Shown: in pieces, positions 57,215 to 64,000 of the stretch
Layout of the letters: each line of letters opens with the position of its first letter
Position numbering within the stretch: the stretch's first letter is position 1
From: an uncultured Pseudomonadales bacterium
GTDB lineage: Bacteria; Patescibacteriota; Microgenomatia; UBA1400; PJMF01
NCBI GenBank assembly: GCA_964648715.1
Contig: CAZYNM010000007.1
Location: 1,436 to 65,435 of the forward strand
Length of the DNA stretch: 64,000 nucleotides
Direction of reading: 5' to 3'
Notes under the pieces: generated by a model
Seen by the model: the letters and a program-made list of their open reading frames with translations, nothing else
Told to the model about the DNA's origin: nothing
Database searches by the model: none
Translations under genes and position numbers: made by a program

Positions 57215-57901
57215 ATGGCAGCACGATATTACGATTTGGTTAATAAAGCATTACACTGGGGAACATTGCGCGAGTATTTACGAGAAAAGTTTGGTCTCAC
57301 TGAAGATTCTTTTATTAGTCCGTTTATCACTGTGGCCCGTGAGCCAGGAAGTGGTGGCGCCCCCATTGCACAAGCAGTTGCTCAAAAATTAGGCTTTGAG
57401 TATGTTGATGAACAAATTGTGGATGAAATTGCACGCTCCACCAAGCGTCGCAGAGCAATCATACAAGAAATAGATGAAAAAAGTCGATCACGTATTGAAG
57501 ATATTGTGCATTCTTTGGTTAATCTCGAGTATATTGATGAAGAGACATATATTTCTGAGCTAGTCAAAGTTATCCTGAGTTATGCACATAAAGGGAAGTG
57601 TGTTATTTTAGGCAGGGGTGCCAACTTTATCACTCCTTTCGCCAAAGGGTTGCATGTAAGTATCACTGCTCCATATGAGATTCGTGTGCAGAGAGCTATG
57701 CACTACGAGGGTTTATCTGAATCCCAAGCCAAGGAAGTCATCGCGAAGGTTGAAGAAGAACGTGACGAGTTTGCTCGTCAATACTTTAGAAGAAGCTTGA
57801 AGCATCGCAATGTCTTTGATATGACAATAAACACTACGTACTTTAATGTTCCTCAGTCAAGTCAAATTATTTGTGAAGCGTTTAAACAGAAGTTCCCATA
57901 A
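57215..57901 (+). CDS. Cytidylate kinase-like family protein
   Basis: ITVAREPGSGG, VILGRGANF, FDMTINT. Confidence 0.88.
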   Translation: MAARYYDLVNKALHWGTLREYLREKFGLTEDSFISPFITVAREPGSGGAPIAQAVAQKLGFEYVDEQIVDEIARSTKRRRAIIQEIDEKSRSRIEDIVHSLVNLEYIDEETYISELVKVILSYAHKGKCVILGRGANFITPFAKGLHVSITAPYEIRVQRAMHYEGLSESQAKEVIAKVEEERDEFARQYFRRSLKHRNVFDMTINTTYFNVPQSSQIICEAFKQKFP

Positions 57902-57920
57902 TCTTTCCGTATAATTTTCA

Positions 57921-57939
57921 TTTTTTTTGCGGTACAATA
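57921..57939 (+). promoter_or_regulatory. Putative -10 promoter element of tRNA-Leu(CAG), duplicated at 58057
   Basis: TTTTTTTTGCGGTACAATA versus TTTTTTTTGCGGTATAATA (18/19 identical). Confidence 0.55.
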
Positions 57940-57950
57940 CCCCCTGTGTT

Positions 57951-58037
57951 GCCGAAGTGGCGAAACTGGTAGACGCGCACGCTTCAGGAGCGTGTGGGTT
58001 CACCCCCATGGAGGTTCGAGTCCTCTCTTCGGCACCA
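57951..58037 (+). tRNA. tRNA-Leu(CAG), CCA encoded
   Basis: GCCGAAG/CTTCGGC acceptor, loop TTCAGGA, variable arm. Confidence 0.95.
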
Positions 58038-58056
58038 GAGATCTTTGAAACAACTC

Positions 58057-58075
58057 TTTTTTTTGCGGTATAATA
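58057..58075 (+). promoter_or_regulatory. Putative -10 promoter element of tRNA-Leu(GAG)
   Basis: T-tract followed by GCGG-TATAAT. Confidence 0.55.
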
Positions 58076-58088
58076 AGCATGAAAATAT

Positions 58089-58169
58089 GCCCGGGTGGTG
58101 AAATGGTATACACGTACGCTTGAGGTGCGTATGCCGAAAGGTGTGGAGGTTCAAGTCCTCTCCCGGGCA
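58089..58169 (+). tRNA. tRNA-Leu(GAG)
   Basis: GCCCGGG/CCCGGGC acceptor, loop TTGAGGT. Confidence 0.95.
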
Positions 58170-58193
58170 CTTAAATACTCTGTATGGCTATGC

Positions 58194-58267
58194 GGACGCT
58201 TAGCTCAGTTGGTTAGAGCACTGCGTTTACATCGCAGGTGTCGGGGGTTCGAGTCCCTCAGCGTCCA
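58194..58267 (+). tRNA. tRNA-Val(UAC)
   Basis: GGACGCT/AGCGTCC acceptor, loop TTTACAT. Confidence 0.95.
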
Positions 58268-58282
58268 CTTCTTGGGCTAGCA

Positions 58283-59593
58283 ATGAAACAGTTTGTCTTT
58301 TGTATAGCACTATTTTTTTTGGGGAGCTTCTTCTTTCATTACATAGTCACTGGACAAGCCGTCTATGGCGACGGAGTTGGATACTACGCCTATCTCCACA
58401 GTTGGTACTTTGACCATGACTGGGATTCCACCAACGAATACAAACACATCTATACTCCAGAAAATAATAACGCGCTACAGCCGCACTCTGCAGCTGAAGT
58501 GCAGATTGTCCATACGACCCAGAGTGGCCGAGCACTAAACCATTTTAGTCCAGGGACAGCAGTGTTGCTTTTACCTTGGTACGTACTCGCCGACGTTATA
58601 GTACAGCTGCTGCCAGATAGTCTGCAGGTGGCACGATCTGGTTATGGTGATATCTACCAGATAAGCGTTGGGGTGGGAGCAGTGGTTTTTTTGGGTATGT
58701 CGGTGTGGTTGGTGATGCGTGTTCTTAAGCTCATTAGCGTACCACCATTCCTTTCATATTTGACTGTGCTTTTTATGTACCTGTGTACCCCACTGGTCTA
58801 TTATGGTGGGTTTGACGTTATCAATTCGCATGCTATCTCGGCATTATGTGCAGCTACTACGTTATATATATATACCGCTCTGCCACATACTCTCAAAAAA
58901 GTCTTGGTACTGGGATTGGTGGTAGGCTATGCAGCGAGTGTGCGAATTCAAGATGTATTCCTCGGTATCTTCGTTATTGCTGAAATCTATACTGCTGCGC
59001 CAAAATGGCAACGCACACTAGTCCTGTATGTGACTGCCATGGGTGCACTACTTGTTGGCATGCTTCCGCTCCTTCTCCAGCTAACTGTGGGTATTTCATT
59101 GGTGGAACATACCTACACACAGGAGCTGGTTCGCTGGTTTGCGGCTCCTACTCTGGCAGGTTTTTGGGGAAGTCTCTTGAATAGCGATACGGGTTTATTA
59201 GCAAGAACACCAGCCCTAGTTCCCTTTTGTATATTCCTGGTCGTTGCATTCAAAACAAAAAAAATTCCTTCTCGCTGGTATCCTTCTCTCATGTTTGCTG
59301 TTGCCCAATATGTGATTATCAGCATGCAAGGCGGCTGGGTTGCTGCTGCCTTTGGTGGGCGAATGTACATCTCTAGTTTGATTGTGCTTACCCCTCTTGC
59401 TGCAGAGTTTGTCTCTATGGTGCGCACACGTTTTGGAATACAAGCAGTGACTGCCTTTGTGACGGTGTGTATTGTGGGTACTCTTGCGTCAGTGGGACAG
59501 TTTGTGCTGGTACGTAAAGCAACTGAGAATGGCACTATGGGAACTGAAGCCCGGACAGTTCAGCGCCTACAAAACTTCCTTAGGAAACAATAA
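58283..59593 (+). CDS. Polytopic membrane protein, GT-C glycosyltransferase-like
   Basis: GDGVGYYAYLHS, PGTAVLLLPW, AFGGRMY; many TM segments. Confidence 0.7.
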   Translation: MKQFVFCIALFFLGSFFFHYIVTGQAVYGDGVGYYAYLHSWYFDHDWDSTNEYKHIYTPENNNALQPHSAAEVQIVHTTQSGRALNHFSPGTAVLLLPWYVLADVIVQLLPDSLQVARSGYGDIYQISVGVGAVVFLGMSVWLVMRVLKLISVPPFLSYLTVLFMYLCTPLVYYGGFDVINSHAISALCAATTLYIYTALPHTLKKVLVLGLVVGYAASVRIQDVFLGIFVIAEIYTAAPKWQRTLVLYVTAMGALLVGMLPLLLQLTVGISLVEHTYTQELVRWFAAPTLAGFWGSLLNSDTGLLARTPALVPFCIFLVVAFKTKKIPSRWYPSLMFAVAQYVIISMQGGWVAAAFGGRMYISSLIVLTPLAAEFVSMVRTRFGIQAVTAFVTVCIVGTLASVGQFVLVRKATENGTMGTEARTVQRLQNFLRKQ

Positions 59594-59667
59594 TCTGGCT
59601 ACATTCCCCACTGGGAAGTGAAAGAGAAGATGATATAATTTGGGGGTTAGTAATGGTCTGTGCACTT

Positions 59668-59740
59668 GCCAAGCTAGCCAAGGTGGTCACGGCGCGTGTC
59701 TGAAAAACACGAGATTGAGGTTCGACTCCTCAGCTTGGCA
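59668..59740 (+). tRNA. tRNA-Phe(GAA)
   Basis: GCCAAGC/GCTTGGC acceptor, loop CTGAAAA, GGTTCGACTCC. Confidence 0.92.
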
Positions 59741-59786
59741 CAATCGTAGTACAATATGGACTGCAGCTCCTTAACCCAGGAGAAGT

Positions 59787-59859
59787 GCGGAAATAGCTCA
59801 GTTGGTAGAGCGTCTCCTTGCCAAGGAGAAGGTCGCGGGTCCGAGTCCCGTTTTCCGCT
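59787..59859 (+). tRNA. tRNA-Gly(GCC) with atypical T-loop (TCCGA)
   Basis: GCGGAAA/TTTCCGC acceptor, loop TTGCCAA. Confidence 0.92.
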
Positions 59860-59884
59860 CATTTTTTCTACTCTGTTTGAGATC

Positions 59885-60214
59885 TCAAAGATATAAGCTT
59901 TCACTGGGTAATGCAACTTTGTCTGCAGCACATTCTTCGTTGTGTGTTTGGATAAGGAGTGTCACTTTATTTTGAATACCCAATGGTGCATACATCATGC
60001 CTGCTATAAATCCCTGTTTCTGTACGGTAACTATACAGCTGCGGAGTTCCAGATAAATATCTTTTTTAGTTTTGCATGATTCTTCAAGAGAAAGTGCTTT
60101 TGCTGCCTCTGCAGTAGCTAAACAGTAGGTGTAGTTGTCTTTAGCTCTGCCTACTGTAGTGCTGTACAACACAAAGGCGCCAATACAAATACATGCAAGT
60201 AAGATCATTTTCAT
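59885..60214 (-). CDS. Small secreted/anchored Cys-containing protein (paralog of 48851-49189)
   Basis: Hydrophobic N-terminus; YC, SLEESC, SCIVTV, HNEECA. Confidence 0.65.
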   Translation of the reverse strand: MKMILLACICIGAFVLYSTTVGRAKDNYTYCLATAEAAKALSLEESCKTKKDIYLELRSCIVTVQKQGFIAGMMYAPLGIQNKVTLLIQTHNEECAADKVALPSESLYL

Positions 60215-60235
60215 GTATACTCACTATACCACACG

Positions 60236-60622
60236 ATGTTACACGATTTTTTTAGAAAGTTTGCCACTGGCGTTTCAATCCTTTTAGGATCACCTATTGC
60301 CTTTGTTTCTGCAACAGTTGTCCTAGGTGCTTGGTTATGTGCAGGGCCTTTTTTTAACTTTTCAGATACGTGGCAACTTGCCATCAATACAGTAACCACA
60401 ATTATTACTTTCCTGATGGTTTTCCTGATTCAAAATACACAAAATAGAGATACCAAGGCTATCCATCTTAAATTAGATGAATTGCTGCGGTCTGGGAAAG
60501 ATGCTCGCAATTCTTTGATAGAAGTAGAGTCACTTTCTGATAAAGAGCTTGAACTACTGCATGCGGAGTTTGAGGCGCTCCATGATAAAGCCGAAAAAGA
60601 GCTACACAAGCGTCGCCTGTGA
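60236..60622 (+). CDS. Low-affinity iron permease family protein
   Basis: FSDTWQLAINTVTTIITFLMVFLIQNTQNRD..AIHLKLDEL. Confidence 0.92.
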   Translation: MLHDFFRKFATGVSILLGSPIAFVSATVVLGAWLCAGPFFNFSDTWQLAINTVTTIITFLMVFLIQNTQNRDTKAIHLKLDELLRSGKDARNSLIEVESLSDKELELLHAEFEALHDKAEKELHKRRL

Positions 60623-61183
60623 GTAATCATGTAGCCAAGAAATAAGTGTTTTTTTGGTGAGTAACGTTATTGCATGTTTCCGCAGTGAAGCACGCAGTGA
60701 CACTGGAGTGTCATGAAGGATTGCTATCCAAACATTCGTAGCGCCCAGTTCTCGAGCTGACTTAACGAGGCTTTGGGGTATTACATCCAACTGTGCAGAA
60801 TCATCAATAATAAAACGAAAGAGCGTTTTTCTATCTTGTACTCGTGCCTCAATATCGATGTAATGTGGAGTTACAAGTTGCACACACACCTGAGAAAATT
60901 GGTGAGCGCAGACCTTCATTAGATAGCGGGCTTGTGCAGGTGCTGGTAATAGTTGTAATTCAGTATATGTGTATGAGCGTCGCTGTAGATTTTTTTGAAC
61001 AATATACAGGATTGCGCAACAGGTGAGTGCCCCACAAATTTCAAGTAGCACCTGCCCACGTTCAGTGCGCGTAGTGACTGGAGTTACCTCTAGAAGTGGA
61101 ACAAGAAAACTGATGCCTACCATGCTACACACAACACACAGAAATGGTGTGAATTGAGATGCGCTAAAATGACGCACTGTCAT
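60602..61183 (-). CDS. Hypothetical membrane protein, possible degenerate Mrr-like C-terminus
   Basis: Two TM helices followed by an IDIEA-containing soluble domain. Confidence 0.45.
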   Translation of the reverse strand: MTVRHFSASQFTPFLCVVCSMVGISFLVPLLEVTPVTTRTERGQVLLEICGALTCCAILYIVQKNLQRRSYTYTELQLLPAPAQARYLMKVCAHQFSQVCVQLVTPHYIDIEARVQDRKTLFRFIIDDSAQLDVIPQSLVKSARELGATNVWIAILHDTPVSLRASLRKHAITLLTKKTLISWLHDYSQATLV

Positions 61184-61184
61184 G

Positions 61185-61255
61185 ATGCCCCGTTTGGATT
61201 CGAACCAAAATAAACAGCTTCAAAGGCTGCTGTCCTGCCATTAGACCACGGGGCA
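61185..61255 (-). tRNA. tRNA-Gln(UUG)
   Basis: TGCCCCG/CGGGGCA acceptor, loop CTTTGAA, GGTTCGAATCC. Confidence 0.93.
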
Positions 61256-61340
61256 GCGTAGAGTGTGTGTGTTAAATAACGCCTAATTGTAACAAAAAAC
61301 CACCTTTCTCTCTAGTAGAAAATCGTGATACGATAAAAAG

Positions 61341-61856
61341 ATGTCAAGAAAATATACCGCTAAGCTTATGAAAGCTGCAGTTTTAGGTGCAAATGACGGG
61401 ATTATCACTACATTTGCAGTGGTAGCTGGAGTGGTTGGAGCCGGTTTGAGTGTGCAAACAATTATTATTTTGGGAATTGCCAACATGGTCGCAGATGGCA
61501 TTAGTATGTCAGTAGGAGATTTTTTAGGTGAACGTTCGGCAGCACGTATTGAACATGGAAAGGTCCCCAGTGAAATTTGGCATACAAGTCTGATAACATT
61601 CATAGCTTTTGTATTGGCTGGTGGCTTACCTCTTTTACCGTATGTGCTTGAGTTGGTGATTACTGTTCCTGGGAGCTTACCCCAATTTGAACTTTCGGTA
61701 GCGAGTACCTTGATATCGCTGTTTATAGTGGGTAGTTTACGTTCTCTGGTTGATGGTGGTAACTGGTTCCGCAATGGACTCGAAATGTTAGGTATTGGCT
61801 CAATTGCAGCCGCAGTTGCATACGGCTTGGGTGCATTTATAGAGCGGCTTGTCTGA
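61341..61856 (+). CDS. VIT1/CCC1 metal transporter family protein
   Basis: VLGANDGIITTFAVVAG, ADGISMSVGDFL. Confidence 0.92.
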   Translation: MSRKYTAKLMKAAVLGANDGIITTFAVVAGVVGAGLSVQTIIILGIANMVADGISMSVGDFLGERSAARIEHGKVPSEIWHTSLITFIAFVLAGGLPLLPYVLELVITVPGSLPQFELSVASTLISLFIVGSLRSLVDGGNWFRNGLEMLGIGSIAAAVAYGLGAFIERLV

Positions 61857-63378
61857 GCTTTATTTGAGCAAGTATCCGGTTAATATGGCCAATTTGTTGT
61901 GGACCTTCATAAATCATGCCAGTAATCATCTGAATAAGATCTGCCCCAGCCGCAAGCTTAGCTTGTGCATCTTCGGGGGAAAAAACGCCGCCAGTACCAA
62001 CTATCACAAATCGATCTTTAAAGTGTGTGCGAGTTAACTTAATTCCCCGTAGTGAACTAGCTGCAGTGGGTTTCCCACTCACATTCCCCTTTCTTGTTTT
62101 CCAGATAGCTCTGTCATCTGAATGCACAGCGGGATTTTCTTTATTTTTGGTAAGGTTGCCAAAAATAACACCTGCTACTGTGTGCACATCACAGACTGTA
62201 AGTAACTGCAGTGTTTCTTCATCCGATTGATCAATAGGCATTTTTACAAAAACTGGACGTGATACCTCAAGCTTATCCAGAGCCCGCAATAAAATTTCTA
62301 GCCGTTGTGGTGTAGTAAATGGCTCACCACCAAAAGTGTTTGGACAACTAATATTAAGTTCATAGTACGAGTGCGAAAGTGGCCCAGATTCAAAGAGTTT
62401 AAAACATGCAAGGATATCCATGATTTGAGCTTTTGTGTTTGCAAAATGCGTATTGGTACTGGCAATGCTAATGCCAACGGGTTGTAGGAACCGTACACCC
62501 TTGAGGCGTGTTATGATTGTTTCGGCACCGGCAGACTTGAGTCCTTTATTTACTAATAGTGCATGAGACCGTGAAAAACGGTCAAGACGTGGTGGTGTAT
62601 TTCCTGCATAGCATTGGCGAGTCACTGTACCAATGGTGTGCCAGCCAAAACCAAGAGCATGTGTAGCATGCGGAAGATGACCATCATAATCAAATCCAGC
62701 AGCAAGCCCAATGGGATTGTCAAAATGTATACCTGCTTTGAATATGTGCAGAGATGGGTGCTCGTATCTCCAAACAAACTGTAAGAACCACCGACCAACA
62801 CCGGACTCCCCTATCTTTTCCCCAAAAAGCGTAAACCAGTTGTGCACTGTCTCTGCAGAAAATAAGAACAATAGTGGTTTTAACAACCGTGTATAGAGAA
62901 AATGAGTAATGCTATGGGTGAATGCCTTCCATACACCATTGGACTCCGGTACGTACCTGTGTATGTAGAGTTGGGTGATCACACATAAGAGACTGGAGGT
63001 GCTAGCTGATATAAGACAGTACACACACCATGCTTGCAACAGGATCGCCATAATGAAAACAAGGTAGAGAGAAAAGCCAAATCCACCGATGGTAACAATA
63101 GTGAGAAAAGTGATTGCCTTGTAACGAAGTGCTTTTTGTTCAAGTTGCAGAACATGCCAAATCGCTAAGGAACATACCAGAAGATAGTACAGCAGCCCGA
63201 ACACTGAAAGTGGTATACCAAACAGTGACGCATAGGGACTGGAAAGTACTGCTTCACATTGAAACCCTGACGTACACGGAGGGATAATTCCCGTATATTT
63301 TTCATATGTGAGATATCCGGCGTCGGCAATACCAACCAATGACAGTACAACGAGACACAATGAAAGCATCAGCTGCAT
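61837..63378 (-). CDS. pyrD: VKOR-family domain fused to dihydroorotate dehydrogenase
   Basis: N-terminus C-X5-C..VLSSPYA..FGIP and WCVYC; C-terminus NPIGLAAGFD, GTVT, NISCPNT, VKMP, GNVSGKP, GTGGVFS, IYEGP. Confidence 0.88.
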   Translation of the reverse strand: MQLMLSLCLVVLSLVGIADAGYLTYEKYTGIIPPCTSGFQCEAVLSSPYASLFGIPLSVFGLLYYLLVCSLAIWHVLQLEQKALRYKAITFLTIVTIGGFGFSLYLVFIMAILLQAWCVYCLISASTSSLLCVITQLYIHRYVPESNGVWKAFTHSITHFLYTRLLKPLLFLFSAETVHNWFTLFGEKIGESGVGRWFLQFVWRYEHPSLHIFKAGIHFDNPIGLAAGFDYDGHLPHATHALGFGWHTIGTVTRQCYAGNTPPRLDRFSRSHALLVNKGLKSAGAETIITRLKGVRFLQPVGISIASTNTHFANTKAQIMDILACFKLFESGPLSHSYYELNISCPNTFGGEPFTTPQRLEILLRALDKLEVSRPVFVKMPIDQSDEETLQLLTVCDVHTVAGVIFGNLTKNKENPAVHSDDRAIWKTRKGNVSGKPTAASSLRGIKLTRTHFKDRFVIVGTGGVFSPEDAQAKLAAGADLIQMITGMIYEGPQQIGHINRILAQIKLRQAAL

Positions 63379-63390
63379 AGTGATAGTATC

Positions 63391-63999
63391 CTAACCCTGT
63401 TGTGGGGTTAGAACAAGATAGAGGTTGGCGTCACTATTTTTACCATCAGCAGTAAAGCTTTGATGTACTTCCCAGCCAGTTTGTTGAGCAAGATCTAGTG
63501 CTTCTTGATTTGTAAAACTATGACAGTATCGAGGGTATGTTGTTATTCCTTTCCAGCCCAAAAGGGTATCTCCTGGTTCAAGCTCACCGGGATCGATCCC
63601 GTGATCCTCAAGCTTGGCGAGTGGCGTGCGCTCGCTGAGGTGCTTGCCAAACTGCCAAAAGCTCAGGATGACTAGAGTGGTATGTGTTGCATGGGCGCGC
63701 AAGCTGCTCAGGAGTGCTTTCCTTAAGTTTTGAGAGGGAATGTGATGCATAAGCCCAAATGCTGCTACTACCGCAAAAGCACGATGCAATTCTTGAGGTA
63801 AGTCTTGACTGGTTATAAGTGAGTCCAGGATATCAAGCTGCATAAACTGTGGATTGATATGCTGATAGCTCTGTTTTTTTGCTTGAAGTAAAAGGCTTGT
63901 GGAACTATCAATACCAAGGTAGTCTGGTGCAAATGGAGCAGGAGTAGAAAGCTGATCGAGAAAAACAGCAAAACGTCCATTTCCACAGCCAATATCAAG
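63391..63999 (-). CDS. Class I SAM-dependent methyltransferase (5' end outside the window)
   Basis: The frame extends upstream of the track ORF: LDIGCGNGRF...GIDSS; FGLMHHIP; SFWQF. Confidence 0.85.
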   Translation of the reverse strand, partial: LDIGCGNGRFAVFLDQLSTPAPFAPDYLGIDSSTSLLLQAKKQSYQHINPQFMQLDILDSLITSQDLPQELHRAFAVVAAFGLMHHIPSQNLRKALLSSLRAHATHTTLVILSFWQFGKHLSERTPLAKLEDHGIDPGELEPGDTLLGWKGITTYPRYCHSFTNQEALDLAQQTGWEVHQSFTADGKNSDANLYLVLTPQQG

Positions 64000-64000
64000 A

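Overview
Gene-dense bacterial chromosomal segment, most consistent with a Patescibacteria/CPR (Microgenomates-like) genome. This is an inference from compact genes, few Shine-Dalgarno sites, -10 boxes just upstream of start codons, and CPR-type hypothetical membrane proteins. The housekeeping backbone comprises mnmA, uvrCAB, lexA, a glycolytic cluster (gpmI, eno, ppsA-like, pgi/pmi, pmm), holA, greA and 9 tRNAs. Five regions stand out. (1) An ~8.4 kb operon (2479-10870) with a 7TM protein, three ATP-grasp ligases, two MATCAP/DUF1704-like metallo-carboxypeptidases and two paralogous GNAT/Fem-like proteins, a candidate peptide-tagging writer/eraser system. (2) A foreign-looking mini-operon (42091-44998) with a small peptide ORF, a Cys-phosphatase, a NikJ/PolH-like CxxCxxC radical SAM enzyme and a ThDP decarboxylase, a candidate novel high-carbon nucleoside pathway. 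(3) An integrase-less array of three cargo cassettes separated by att-like repeats anchored on the tRNA-Lys 3' end (48771-55784). (4) A VKOR-dihydroorotate dehydrogenase fusion. (5) Adjacent enolase and PEP-synthase homologs that lack key catalytic residues. All family calls come from motif recognition by eye; no searches were run.
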